A stretch of 64,000 nucleotides of DNA from a virus. Location of the stretch: IMG/VR virus record IMGVR_UViG_3300020183_000015, positions 1 through 64,000 of that record; one strand, 5' to 3'. The position numbers were made by a program, and so were the translations under genes. The first letter of the stretch is position 1. Every line of letters starts with the position of its first letter. Below, in pieces: positions 10,208 to 19,909 of this stretch. A model generated the notes under the pieces. That model did no database searches, was not told the DNA's origin, and saw only the letters and a list, made by a program, of their open reading frames with translations.

Positions 10208-10879
10208 TTAACCCCATTTTAGGTATTTATTATTGAACAGTTGAAAGTCAAATGTTCTGTATTTTGGTTTGTGTTTATGTAAAAGGTACGGAAAAGATAT
10301 TTGGTCTTGTATTGACCAATAACAGTTATGAAAAAACCAATCGGTCATCAAATTATTATCTCTGTTTTTTATTAAATTTTTTGAATAAACAAAAAATCCC
10401 ATGGAATAGAAACCATAATCAACAAAGTTTGGGTCTTTAAGATAAAACTGATATTGTTCTTTTGTTCTTTCACCTTCATATCTGTCAATTAAATATGTGT
10501 TGTTTGATCTATACATTTCATTTTCTAAATACTCAAGTTCAGATTTGATGTTTTTTCTTTGTGGGTGTTTAAAGATTTGTATATCAAAATCCCCCAACGA
10601 ATCTACAACATCTTCAACAAGGTTGTTACTGACTATTTTAAATTTAGAATCGAACCAAATATAATAATCTGCAGGATTTTCAATCCAATCTAACATTTTT
10701 GGTATTTTAGCCCTTGTTCTTGGATGTAAAGATAGTGATCTTGATTCAGTATTTTGATCTGTGTAACACATGTACTCAACCTCATACTTTTTTGTGATTT
10801 GGTAAGGAAGTTGATAATTAAAATTATTGATATGATTACCAAAATCTGCAGTTACAACACGAACTTTTGGTTTTATCAT
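10208..10879 (-). CDS. DUF616/TOD1-MUCI70-like glycosyltransferase-domain protein
   Basis: YIWFDS, FKHPQR and QDQISFPY motifs typical of DUF616. Confidence 0.7.
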   Translation of the reverse strand: MIKPKVRVVTADFGNHINNFNYQLPYQITKKYEVEYMCYTDQNTESRSLSLHPRTRAKIPKMLDWIENPADYYIWFDSKFKIVSNNLVEDVVDSLGDFDIQIFKHPQRKNIKSELEYLENEMYRSNNTYLIDRYEGERTKEQYQFYLKDPNFVDYGFYSMGFFVYSKNLIKNRDNNLMTDWFFHNCYWSIQDQISFPYLLHKHKPKYRTFDFQLFNNKYLKWG

Positions 10880-10885
10880 AATAAA

Positions 10886-11671
10886 TTAAGATTCATTATT
10901 TTTAATCCAATAAACACCACAAACATCAATTTGATTTATTGGATCGTTAATATTTTTTTCTGTTCTATAATCGTGAGTACAAATTCTTGCACCACCAAGA
11001 CAATAGTCGTCAATTATACACACCCCTTTATCGGATAGTTTATCATAACAAGAATGAAAAACATCATGAGTCGACTCGTACATGTCACCATCCATTCTTA
11101 AAATAGACAATTTGCCAATCTGATTATTATTTGGTAGAGTATCACTAAAGAATCCCTCCACAAAAATTACATTTTCATCTAAACAATTCATTGATTCAAA
11201 ATTTGATTTTACCTCATCGAGTGATATTGCAAGTTCGGTATACGTGTGATGAATATCTCCTCGATCCATAGGGTATTTGTCACTTGGTTTTGGCAGTCCT
11301 TGGAAAGAATCACAAACAAACACTCTCTTTTTCAAATTATAAATGTCTGAATATAGTTTCATAAAAATTGTTGCTCCCCCTTTCCAAACACCTGTTTCAA
11401 TAAAATCACCCTCAATATTGTTTTTTCTAACGTAATCTAACATGTCATGAAGATTGTTCATTCTTTTCAAACCAATCATAGTCATGGCGTCTGTGGGCCA
11501 ATCTAAACCTTCAAGTCTTGCGGGGTCCATTTCTTGTGAAATTATCGAATCCACTTCCTTTTCAGATGGGTACTGATTCTTGTCTTTCCAATTTTGGATA
11601 AAGTCCGTGTTTGAAACTCTACCGATCAAAATGTATTTGATAAATTCTATTTTTTTTCTATTGTTCATCAA
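10886..11671 (-). CDS. TylF/MycF/NovP-family O-methyltransferase
   Basis: MTMIG, GDFIETGVWKGG, DSFQGLP, GFFSDTLP, LRMDGDMYES, IIDDY. Confidence 0.92.
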   Translation of the reverse strand: MMNNRKKIEFIKYILIGRVSNTDFIQNWKDKNQYPSEKEVDSIISQEMDPARLEGLDWPTDAMTMIGLKRMNNLHDMLDYVRKNNIEGDFIETGVWKGGATIFMKLYSDIYNLKKRVFVCDSFQGLPKPSDKYPMDRGDIHHTYTELAISLDEVKSNFESMNCLDENVIFVEGFFSDTLPNNNQIGKLSILRMDGDMYESTHDVFHSCYDKLSDKGVCIIDDYCLGGARICTHDYRTEKNINDPINQIDVCGVYWIKNNES

Positions 11672-12266
11672 TCTTATCGTTTCTTTTTAAGATAGTTAGT
11701 CCATTATTATTTGTAAATCTTTTTTCTATGACCCATTGACCATCATCTAATAACTCTTGTATTGCTGGCCAAATACCAATTTTTTCTGTTGATAAAGGTC
11801 TAACGTCTTTGTATAGTTCACCCCAACTTGGTTCATCGGTAAATTCATAACTTTCAGTGTCATGAAAAATTAAATATTTTTTTACTTTATCTGAATGTAA
11901 TGATAATTCTTCTTTTAGTTGTCCATACTTATGCCAAGTATCAATAAATAATAAATCAGTCTCTTCGATCTCAACCTCTAAAACATTTTTTTTATTGAAC
12001 TTGAAATTTACGTTTTCCTTAATTGATAGATTTATTGCGTTTAAAATATTTTCTGACATATTAATGTCATAGCTAACAAACTTTTTTGGGTTTGCATGTA
12101 AAAATGCAAAAGTTGAACATCCCCATCTAGCACCCATTTCAGTAACGTGATCACATAGTTTTGCATACTCTACTAACGTATCAATATGTTCATTTATATC
12201 ACCAGGAGTTAATTTGAAATTATTATAATAGTGTTCTATTGTTATCATTTTTTTTGTGTATACCAT
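11658..12266 (-). CDS. Class I SAM-dependent methyltransferase (Methyltransf_24-like)
   Basis: EMGARWGCS, DLLFIDTWH, IFHDT, NNGLTIL. Confidence 0.8.
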   Translation of the reverse strand: MVYTKKMITIEHYYNNFKLTPGDINEHIDTLVEYAKLCDHVTEMGARWGCSTFAFLHANPKKFVSYDINMSENILNAINLSIKENVNFKFNKKNVLEVEIEETDLLFIDTWHKYGQLKEELSLHSDKVKKYLIFHDTESYEFTDEPSWGELYKDVRPLSTEKIGIWPAIQELLDDGQWVIEKRFTNNNGLTILKRNDKIDEQ

Positions 12267-12934
12267 TTATTTTTAAAATCATTAATCATACCATCAGTCA
12301 TCTGAAACTTTTTACCTGGCTCTATAAGATTATGACTTTTACTTAAAAGATGAGTAACTTTAGAGTTGGTAATTAGGGCGTGTTTTAATTTGTATTTTTG
12401 TAAAGTCAGTGCGTAGTCGTTATCTTGGTACCAAAATTTAAATTTTTCATCGAACCCATTCATTCTTTTTAATATATCCCTTTTAACAAAGATTGACCAT
12501 CCGGCAATTTCATATGAAGTTCTATGACCATAGTATATTGGTGTTGTTTTTTTGAATAACTTGTGTCTGTGCCAATCATCATCCATAGGTGACATTGAAA
12601 ATAATTCAGGATCTTGTTCATGAGCTTTTAACATTTCTTCTAAAAAACCTTTATGGTATATTGTATCATTGTTGGAAATTAACACCCAATCGTTGGTAGA
12701 ATGTTCTAAACCAATGTTTAAATATTTGTTGTAGTTAAATTCTTCTTGTGGTTGTATAACTTTACAAGTCTCACACCCTTCATAAACAAATTCTTTTTCT
12801 TTGTTGGTTTCTATCAAATAGATTTGGAATTTATGTTCAGTCGAACTTTCATAAATACTTTTCATACAATTGAGATTCATTTTCTCAAATGATGGGTCTT
12901 TAGCGTAACTTAATATTATAACATCTACTACCAT
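12245..12934 (-). CDS. Glycosyltransferase family 2
   Basis: VDVIILS, FNYNKYLNIG, NNDT, GFDEKFKFWYQDND, VTHL. Confidence 0.88.
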   Translation of the reverse strand: MVVDVIILSYAKDPSFEKMNLNCMKSIYESSTEHKFQIYLIETNKEKEFVYEGCETCKVIQPQEEFNYNKYLNIGLEHSTNDWVLISNNDTIYHKGFLEEMLKAHEQDPELFSMSPMDDDWHRHKLFKKTTPIYYGHRTSYEIAGWSIFVKRDILKRMNGFDEKFKFWYQDNDYALTLQKYKLKHALITNSKVTHLLSKSHNLIEPGKKFQMTDGMINDFKNKWYTQKK

Positions 12935-12935
12935 T

Positions 12936-14456
12936 TTATCTTAAAGCATATAATTTTGAGATTATTTGTTGGGCACTTTTAGGTTCCATTAAAGGTATAT
13001 CAGTTGGTACATACCCGTGTTTTTTCTTATACCATAAAGTTCCTTTTTTATAGTTTTCACTCCATTCAGGGGTTCTTGAAATTGTTGAGTTTTCAATTGA
13101 GTTTGGTATATCCGTTAAATACTCCCAGCTTTTAGGAATGTCAGCAAAGTACCAAAAAGGAGGATGAAAATTATGTTTTACCGCCTGATATGTATGGTCA
13201 ACATGTTCCCAAGCGTTTTTAAATGCAGGATCGAATAAACCAATTTTTTCAATTACAGATCTGTGATAGTATGAAAAAGCCCCAACACAGTTAGGGTAAA
13301 AAACCATTTCAATACCATCTGGATATGGAATAATCATTCTTGGATTAGGATCTCCGTCAGTATCTTTTCTTTCCGAAAGAGTTCTAAAGCCAGTTGACCC
13401 TTTCTTGTTTGCGGGACCGTGAAGCGCAAAATTTAAATGTTTAATTCCTGACAATGCTGAATGTCTGATATATTCTTTGAATACGTTTTCGTCTTGAATT
13501 AATATATCGTCTTCCATTATAAAAATGTGTTCACACCCTTGTTCCATCAAATATTTAATTGCCGTACTTTTTGCGGCCCCAACACATTGGTTTTTTTCGT
13601 GTTGGATAATTTTTGCATGTTCGGGGTAACAGTTTTCAGGGTAAGGAGTCCCATCGTTAACAATTACAAAGTTTTTAATCCACTTTGGAACCGTAAATGC
13701 ACTTTTAACTATTCTATGTGGAGAGTTATATGTCACAAGACCTAAACCAACTTTGTCAATATCCATAAAAGTTTTTTCCTCTATGGTTTTGTTCGTTGAT
13801 AATCTTATCGGAAGGTCTTTATCATATTTCTTTTCAAAAAAAGTTTTATTATTTTCCCACTGATCATTGGTCATACCTATTGATTTGTGAGTGACTCTAA
13901 CCATTGTTGTTACACCTAATTTAACTCCCTCTAAGTAATTTGAAAAACAGAAAGGTATTTCATAAAAGTGAAATCCTTTGAATTCTTCGTCAAAAGTTTT
14001 TTTGATTTTAGATTTATCAACAACAAAAAACAAACCGTCTAATACAACCACTTCCTTTATTTTGTTTCCTTGATCGGGTGAATAAGTGTTGGTCCATTTT
14101 TTTCCTTCATGTTTGTGAGATACTATTCCTGTCATGGATTCACGCAAAGTCCACCATCTACCATCAATCATATCGGTAGTTCCTGCGATTCCCAAAATAC
14201 CATATTCTTCATTTCTTTTAAATAATTTGATAATTTTATCCCCCCAATTTTTTGTATCATACTCAATGTCATCATGACAAAAAACTACAAGATTATTTTC
14301 CGACTCATTTAGTATTTCATTATAAACTTGAGCCAAAGACTTTTCACCGTTATTAATTTTTTCTATTATTTGAACTTTTTTAATCCCACAAGATTTTCTT
14401 AAATGTTCTAAAAATTCAGGATTAGTCTTTCTTGTCGAGAATCCTATTGTTATCAT
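12936..14456 (-). CDS. Tandem double GT-A glycosyltransferase
   Basis: N-domain FCHDDI / VLDGLF / FDEEFKGFHFY; C-domain VNDG / IMEDDI / IGLFD / WEHVD. Confidence 0.85.
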   Translation of the reverse strand: MITIGFSTRKTNPEFLEHLRKSCGIKKVQIIEKINNGEKSLAQVYNEILNESENNLVVFCHDDIEYDTKNWGDKIIKLFKRNEEYGILGIAGTTDMIDGRWWTLRESMTGIVSHKHEGKKWTNTYSPDQGNKIKEVVVLDGLFFVVDKSKIKKTFDEEFKGFHFYEIPFCFSNYLEGVKLGVTTMVRVTHKSIGMTNDQWENNKTFFEKKYDKDLPIRLSTNKTIEEKTFMDIDKVGLGLVTYNSPHRIVKSAFTVPKWIKNFVIVNDGTPYPENCYPEHAKIIQHEKNQCVGAAKSTAIKYLMEQGCEHIFIMEDDILIQDENVFKEYIRHSALSGIKHLNFALHGPANKKGSTGFRTLSERKDTDGDPNPRMIIPYPDGIEMVFYPNCVGAFSYYHRSVIEKIGLFDPAFKNAWEHVDHTYQAVKHNFHPPFWYFADIPKSWEYLTDIPNSIENSTISRTPEWSENYKKGTLWYKKKHGYVPTDIPLMEPKSAQQIISKLYALR

Positions 14457-14598
14457 TGTTTAATTCTTTTAGTTTATCCTCAAGAGTTATTAATTTTTCT
14501 TCCATGTATTTGTTCCACCAACCATCACTACAACCAGACATAATTAACTCAACTCGAGTTCTATTAATTTCTTCTTTTATTTTTTCTATTTCTGTCAT
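14422..14598 (-). CDS. Small hypothetical protein (58 aa, not in the ORF track)
   Basis: Manual translation MTEIEKIKEEINRTRVELIMSGCSDGWWNKYMEEKLITLEDKLKELNNDNNRILDKKD*; its ATG overlaps the dUTPase TGA (ATGA coupling) and it fills the gap. Confidence 0.7.
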   Translation of the reverse strand: MTEIEKIKEEINRTRVELIMSGCSDGWWNKYMEEKLITLEDKLKELNNDNNRILDKKD

Positions 14599-15188
14599 AC
14601 ACCTGTAGAACCGAAACCATTTTCATTTCTGTCTTTAGATAGAATGTTCTCTATCTCAACAAACTTGATCCATTTACCACTAACTACAGGACACAACACT
14701 GCTTGTGCAATTTTTTGTCCTTTTTCTATTTTGATTTTTTGATCAGTGGTGTTGAAAAGAATTACTTGAATTTCTCCCGTATATCCTTCATCCACAGTTC
14801 CTGGAGAATTCAAAACAAACAATCCTTGTTTTGAAGCCAATCCACTTTTTGATCTAATTTGAACTTCGTATCCTTCAGGTATGTCCAAATGGATTCCTGT
14901 TGGTATTAGTTTACGGTCAGAAGCATGAATCCATACATCTTCTGTTGAACATAAATCAAATCCAGAGTCTGACGTGTAAGCGTATTTTGGGTTGACCGCA
15001 TCAGGATGCGACTTAGAAAATTTAAATTCCAAAGTATCTTGGAAATCATCCATATCTTTTTCTAATCCAAAAATATCAAACCCAAAATAATCATTCAGTT
15101 GATCAAGGTCCAAATTCTCAGCATCTTCAATTTGTAAACTTTCAAACAGATCGTCCAAGTCATCTTTTTCTAAATTTTGTTCACTCAT
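14595..15188 (-). CDS. dut: Trimeric dUTPase with acidic N-terminal extension
   Basis: SGFDL, RSKSGLA, NSPGTVDEGYTGEI, IAQAV, RNENGFGSTG motifs. Confidence 0.95.
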   Translation of the reverse strand: MSEQNLEKDDLDDLFESLQIEDAENLDLDQLNDYFGFDIFGLEKDMDDFQDTLEFKFSKSHPDAVNPKYAYTSDSGFDLCSTEDVWIHASDRKLIPTGIHLDIPEGYEVQIRSKSGLASKQGLFVLNSPGTVDEGYTGEIQVILFNTTDQKIKIEKGQKIAQAVLCPVVSGKWIKFVEIENILSKDRNENGFGSTGV

Positions 15189-15913
15189 TATTTTAAACTT
15201 TTTAATTTCATTATTGCGTCAACTAAAACGTCAACATCTTTTTCACAGTATTCGGCAATTTCTTTAAGACGATTATGACTCCAATAAGTCTCATGTACCA
15301 AACTACCGTTGATTGGTCCGTCTTTTGGTGTTGGTATGTCTAAACATGCACACATTAAATCTAAAGAACCGATCGCAGTGTAAGCTCCATATTGCCAAAT
15401 TTCTTTTGTGTCAATGGCCTTAACTTCCCAAGGTTTAGTATCGTATGACGGGAGTATTTTAGCCGGCATGATCCCATTTACAATCATACGTTTTGCTAAC
15501 ATGGGGATGTCAAAGTTTTTTAAATTGTGACCACACATGTAGAAATCTAATTTGTGACAACGGTTTAAAAGGTCTCTTACATCAATTAGTAGTTTATATT
15601 CATCATCACTTGAAAAAGTTTGTTTTTTAACTTCTCCACTATCTAAAACGAACGCCATCGATACACAAACTATCTTTGCAAACTCTGGAACTAACGCTGC
15701 CCGTTTCCTAAAAACAATGTCCATATGTTCTTCTGTCGATCTATCAGTTGCCAATTCTTTGTCTTCAGGAAATCTTTTCAAAAACCAATCAAAATATTTG
15801 TCGAATTGGTCTGCAACTCTTGGGTTAGATTTTATACACTGTTGATAGTCAGGACAACCACCAACGGTTTCAATGTCTAAAAATAAAATTTTTGTTAAAG
15901 GAATATTGACCAT
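15188..15913 (-). CDS. DEDD 3'-5' exonuclease (PolB exonuclease-like, stand-alone)
   Basis: LDIET (ExoI), GHNLKNFDIP (ExoII), YCEKDV (ExoIII). Confidence 0.88.
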   Translation of the reverse strand: MVNIPLTKILFLDIETVGGCPDYQQCIKSNPRVADQFDKYFDWFLKRFPEDKELATDRSTEEHMDIVFRKRAALVPEFAKIVCVSMAFVLDSGEVKKQTFSSDDEYKLLIDVRDLLNRCHKLDFYMCGHNLKNFDIPMLAKRMIVNGIMPAKILPSYDTKPWEVKAIDTKEIWQYGAYTAIGSLDLMCACLDIPTPKDGPINGSLVHETYWSHNRLKEIAEYCEKDVDVLVDAIMKLKSLK

Positions 15914-15915
15914 AA

Positions 15916-17130
15916 TTATTTAATTAAAGATTTGTAAAATTCAGCTCTGTTTTGTGATACTCTGTTTAGGTCATAGGTATCTTTTACCGTTTCGTATAAT
16001 TTCTCACCAAGATCGGTAATCATATTTGGATTTTCGACTAATTTTTTAATGCTTTTAGCCCAATCACTATGATTTCTAAAATCTTCTACTAATAACGCAT
16101 TACCGTCAACGAATTTTCCTTCTCGCATTGCATGTTTTAGGTCAATGGTATAAGGACCTACGTTTGATGCGATTATCGTTTTTTTATAGAAACCCGCCTC
16201 GATTATTTTTAGTTGAGATTTTAACCTATTAAATACGTGGTTTTTTATGGGCGCTAATGAAATATCAAACTTAGCGTAATTTCTAGCGTAAGACTCCACA
16301 GGTTTAGTCCAAACCCTGACGTAGTTTTCATTTTCAATTGCGGGAAAATCTCCATCAACAAACTTATCTAAATATTCTTTATACTCTTTGGTGATTATTT
16401 TGTAGTTGTCTGTAAAAATCTTTTCATATTGTGACCAAACAGTTTCTTCAGGTTTAATTGGTCTTTGTTTTTTTTCTCCTGTTTGTTGGTTTATTTCAGT
16501 AACCACACCTCTTGTATCAAAACCACACAAGTAATATTGAAGTTTGTTTTGAAGAGGACTTAGTTTACCCACCATCGTATCTAACAACTTTAAATCGTGT
16601 AAGTGGGATGATCCACCTAGCCAACCAACTCTAATTTTTTCTGAGGGTAATGTTGGTTCATTAAATTGAGGTTCTTTAGGATCTATTGCGTTTGGAAAAA
16701 CAACTACGTTTTTATTGAACTTTCTAATTTCATGAGCAAAAAGACTTGTCGTTGTTGTTACATAATGACAAGCTTTGAGATTTGCTATAATTTTTTGATT
16801 CATTTTAGTAGAAACAATTAATTGATGAATTGGGTGCTCTTTAGTTGGTAACCAATAGTCGTCAATATCCCCAATAACTATAACCCCTATTTTTTTTAAT
16901 TTTTCAATCAACGCCAAACATTGATCAAAGTCTTGACCAATTGACCTATGAAAATGAACAATATCATATTGTTTCCAATAATTTTCATCTTCCATTTTTG
17001 GTTCGTAATCAATATCAATTTGAAAATCTTGAGGAAAATTATTTTGTAAATTAACGTGGGGATCTACCGATCTGTATCTACCAACACCTGCCCTATCTGA
17101 TGGTAAGACTAAAATTTTGATTTTTTTCAT
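15916..17130 (-). CDS. Glycosyltransferase, GT-B/GT4-like
   Basis: GVGRYR, DIDDYW, VGWLGGSSH, DISLAP...FNRLKSQLKIIEAG, IASNVGPY. Confidence 0.85.
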   Translation of the reverse strand: MKKIKILVLPSDRAGVGRYRSVDPHVNLQNNFPQDFQIDIDYEPKMEDENYWKQYDIVHFHRSIGQDFDQCLALIEKLKKIGVIVIGDIDDYWLPTKEHPIHQLIVSTKMNQKIIANLKACHYVTTTTSLFAHEIRKFNKNVVVFPNAIDPKEPQFNEPTLPSEKIRVGWLGGSSHLHDLKLLDTMVGKLSPLQNKLQYYLCGFDTRGVVTEINQQTGEKKQRPIKPEETVWSQYEKIFTDNYKIITKEYKEYLDKFVDGDFPAIENENYVRVWTKPVESYARNYAKFDISLAPIKNHVFNRLKSQLKIIEAGFYKKTIIASNVGPYTIDLKHAMREGKFVDGNALLVEDFRNHSDWAKSIKKLVENPNMITDLGEKLYETVKDTYDLNRVSQNRAEFYKSLIK

Positions 17131-17153
17131 TATGATTAAACAAGTTTACAAGA

Positions 17154-17182
17154 AATATAAACCTATTTATTGATAATATCAA
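17154..17182 (-). promoter_or_regulatory. Sigma70-like promoter TTGATA-N17-TATATT
   Basis: Exact 17-nt spacing upstream of the GT/nucleotide-metabolism operon that starts at 17130. Confidence 0.6.
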
Positions 17183-17183
17183 C

Positions 17184-17208
17184 AAAAAACCCACCTCAAG
17201 GGTGGGTT
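17184..17208 (-). terminator. Intrinsic terminator
   Basis: Stem aacccacc/ggtgggtt followed by a U-run on the minus strand, just after the stop at 17213. Confidence 0.8.
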
Positions 17209-17212
17209 ATAA

Positions 17213-17809
17213 TTATTTAGTTACCTTTTTAATTTTGGTGACTTTACCCTCGAATATATGATCTCCGACTCTGAATTTAAAAATGTCGTTAGATTTAGTT
17301 TCTGACTCAATTAGTAAACCATTTTCATGTAAAACATCTTCAATTACTTCCCTAATTATCTCTTTTAGACTTTCGTTATTGTTTGTAGATTCTTGAACCA
17401 AATTTTTTATTTTAGGAATATCAGAAACTTGTTTTCCACTGGCGTCAACACTCATTAATCTAGCGGCTTTATCAACCAATTCGTTAGATAATGTTGGCCC
17501 ATTCATACCCATATTAGGTTTTTCTATTGGGTGTTCCATCATTAATTTTTTAATCTCATCGGGTAACTTAGAGTTTGCTATTTTATCCGCTGTGATTGTG
17601 GCGTTTTGTTGTTGAGGTCTCGATTGGATTTGTTGTTCTTGTAAAATATCGTTCGGTAAATTATATTTTGCATTTACAGGTTGGTAGTCCTCTAACATTG
17701 GGGTGTTGAATGATGTCTGAGGTGTTTTACCTCGTTCCATCTGATCATGTCTTTCCATAATTTTTTTGGAAACCATTAATCTTTGTATTAAATCATTTTC
17801 TGTATTCAT
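17213..17809 (-). CDS. Hypothetical late protein
   Basis: 198-aa ORF at the end of the late operon; LKEIIREVIE motif. Confidence 0.7.
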   Translation of the reverse strand: MNTENDLIQRLMVSKKIMERHDQMERGKTPQTSFNTPMLEDYQPVNAKYNLPNDILQEQQIQSRPQQQNATITADKIANSKLPDEIKKLMMEHPIEKPNMGMNGPTLSNELVDKAARLMSVDASGKQVSDIPKIKNLVQESTNNNESLKEIIREVIEDVLHENGLLIESETKSNDIFKFRVGDHIFEGKVTKIKKVTK

Positions 17810-17810
17810 C

Positions 17811-18209
17811 TTACGTATTTGTTACATTATCAAAATTGGCATTTACTACAACTCTTGCCATACTTCTATCTCCGTTAGGATTGTAATTTGGTCTGACCTC
17901 ATCAAATGTTTCGGCCGTTGGTTGTAGATATGTTATTTTATCTAACCTGAACAACCTCCAACCAGGTAAAGGTTTTTCTCCTAAGTATGCCGTGTGTGAT
18001 GCACCTTCATAGTCCCAAGCCCTTAGTACAGGATTTTCTCTTTTACTATAACCAAAACACACAGGTTCTATAGTTCTTAATCCTTTACCTCCAGGTTCGT
18101 CCCCATCATAATAAATTACAATTTTTTTTTTATTTCTTATCGCATCAACAACACTGTTGACAGATGCTACCTCAACGATAAGACTTCTAAAAGTATTGTA
18201 AAGTTTCAT
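17811..18209 (-). CDS. Stand-alone WYL-domain protein
   Basis: IVIYY...RTIEPVCFG...LRAW...WRLFRLDKI is the WYL signature. Confidence 0.8.
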   Translation of the reverse strand: MKLYNTFRSLIVEVASVNSVVDAIRNKKKIVIYYDGDEPGGKGLRTIEPVCFGYSKRENPVLRAWDYEGASHTAYLGEKPLPGWRLFRLDKITYLQPTAETFDEVRPNYNPNGDRSMARVVVNANFDNVTNT

Positions 18210-18496
18210 TATGCGGATGGCGTTGTGTAAGGTTTGTTGGGTTGGTACTCATTCAATTTTATTTCATTAATTCTTTCTGAGAAATCAACTTTTGACCCAC
18301 CGTTTGCGGTATCCAAAAAGATTCCCGTACCCTTACCAAATTCATCACCGTCAGAAATTGCATCCTTATTAACGGCACTATATTGATTAGTGGTTAGATA
18401 ATCATTTTTTACTGTAAGTCTTTTTCTTTCGATATCGGCAATTGCAGTCAAATCATTAGCGGGTTGACTAAAATCTAATCTTTCTACTTCAGGCAT
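18209..18496 (-). CDS. Hypothetical protein
   Basis: 95-aa ORF coupled to its neighbours. Confidence 0.7.
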   Translation of the reverse strand: MPEVERLDFSQPANDLTAIADIERKRLTVKNDYLTTNQYSAVNKDAISDGDEFGKGTGIFLDTANGGSKVDFSERINEIKLNEYQPNKPYTTPSA

Positions 18497-18497
18497 T

Positions 18498-18968
18498 TTA
18501 AATTATTTTTTTCATTATTTGGTTTATCCTTTCGAGGTCTTCAGTAATTTTAACGTCTTGTACAAATGTGCTGTGTTCTTTTGACGGTCTATTCATATCC
18601 GCTAACCAACCCATTTTATCTGCTAAATCCTGTTTCACATCGTCTGGCATATATTCTTTATTAACACTTTTTTTGAAGTTGTCCCCTTTTCTCATTAAAT
18701 CCAATGTAGAGTCAACCCATTTTCTAACATAATCCGCACCATTCAAAATATAAGGAGCGTCTTTACCATCTCCTTGATAATTATCGAACCAATTTTTCAT
18801 CCTCCCAAGTTGTTGATAGGTTACATAACCCGAATTCCTTAACTCCTCATTTCTTTTATGACCCTCAACAGAAGGATCTGAGTTTGGAACCGTATCAAAA
18901 CAAGACTGTAGGTATTCAGTTACTTCTTTTGGTAGCTCGATTGTTTTATTATAAAGGTCTTTATTCAC
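18498..18968 (-). CDS. Hypothetical protein
   Basis: 156-aa ORF in the operon. Confidence 0.7.
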   Translation of the reverse strand: MNKDLYNKTIELPKEVTEYLQSCFDTVPNSDPSVEGHKRNEELRNSGYVTYQQLGRMKNWFDNYQGDGKDAPYILNGADYVRKWVDSTLDLMRKGDNFKKSVNKEYMPDDVKQDLADKMGWLADMNRPSKEHSTFVQDVKITEDLERINQIMKKII

Positions 18969-19857
18969 TTTTATTTATTTTTTTTAAAAGATCATTTAAT
19001 TCCAAACCTTGTTTGTCTGCTAACTTTTTAATTGATTGTAAATTTCTAATTAATAATTTTTCCATAACGTCGGTAGATTCATTGTCTTTTTTTGAAATAA
19101 CGTCGGTGTTTTTATTTTTTTTACCTAAAATAATTTCATCAATCATTTTTTGCATTTTTCCTTTCTCTAATTCTGACAATCTTCTTTTTGACACGCAATT
19201 TTTACAATGACCATTATTTTTGTAGTTTCGAAGTTGTTTATCGTACTCGGGATCGAATCCCATAACCTCTAATCTTTCATGTCTTTCAAAAGGATCCTCA
19301 ACACCCATATCTTTTAGTATTTGGGATGCTTCCTTGTAACTTTTTGCGTCTTTTGTTTCTTCGTAACCAAATGCCTCTGATTGATCAACCTCATCAATTA
19401 AATTATCTCTTTCATCTTCAGATTCTCCGTAATATACTCGAATGAATGGGAATTGATTGGCTCTTGTCATGTGAACCGTTTGGTCAGTTGTACTTTTTGC
19501 GATCTGCCTTTGATTTAACATCGGTATGTTAGATTTCATAAATGATCCATCAGCACCCACAAACTCTTGTATCTCACCCTCTTTTTTTTCGGTTTTTTTA
19601 ATTGGTTTTCTTTTTTTGAACCAATTTAATATTTTTTTTATTTGTTCTTTTGTGAACTTATATCCTTTGGTAAAAAGATTTTTTATAAATTTTTTAACCT
19701 TTGTTAAACTTTCTTTAAGAAGTACAACTTCTTCATCACTTTTTCTTGATTCGTTTAATGTCTCTGAAACAGAAAAATACACGCTAAATGTATTACCTCT
19801 ATCCTTCAAATAAAAATAATATGGCTTGTTGAAATATTCTTTCCCGAATTCTATCAT
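18961..19857 (-). CDS. Hypothetical charged protein
   Basis: 298-aa ORF with a late motif upstream. Confidence 0.7.
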   Translation of the reverse strand: MIEFGKEYFNKPYYFYLKDRGNTFSVYFSVSETLNESRKSDEEVVLLKESLTKVKKFIKNLFTKGYKFTKEQIKKILNWFKKRKPIKKTEKKEGEIQEFVGADGSFMKSNIPMLNQRQIAKSTTDQTVHMTRANQFPFIRVYYGESEDERDNLIDEVDQSEAFGYEETKDAKSYKEASQILKDMGVEDPFERHERLEVMGFDPEYDKQLRNYKNNGHCKNCVSKRRLSELEKGKMQKMIDEIILGKKNKNTDVISKKDNESTDVMEKLLIRNLQSIKKLADKQGLELNDLLKKINKSE

Positions 19858-19867
19858 GTCAGTTTTT

Positions 19868-19900
19868 TATAAATAAATACTTTGATGTATGGTATTTATA
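19868..19900. promoter_or_regulatory. Divergent pair of putative late promoters
   Basis: tataaata at 19868-19875 (minus-strand TATTTATA) and tatttata at 19893-19900 (plus strand), at the strand switch. Confidence 0.65.
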
Positions 19901-19909
19901 TTTAAAAAG

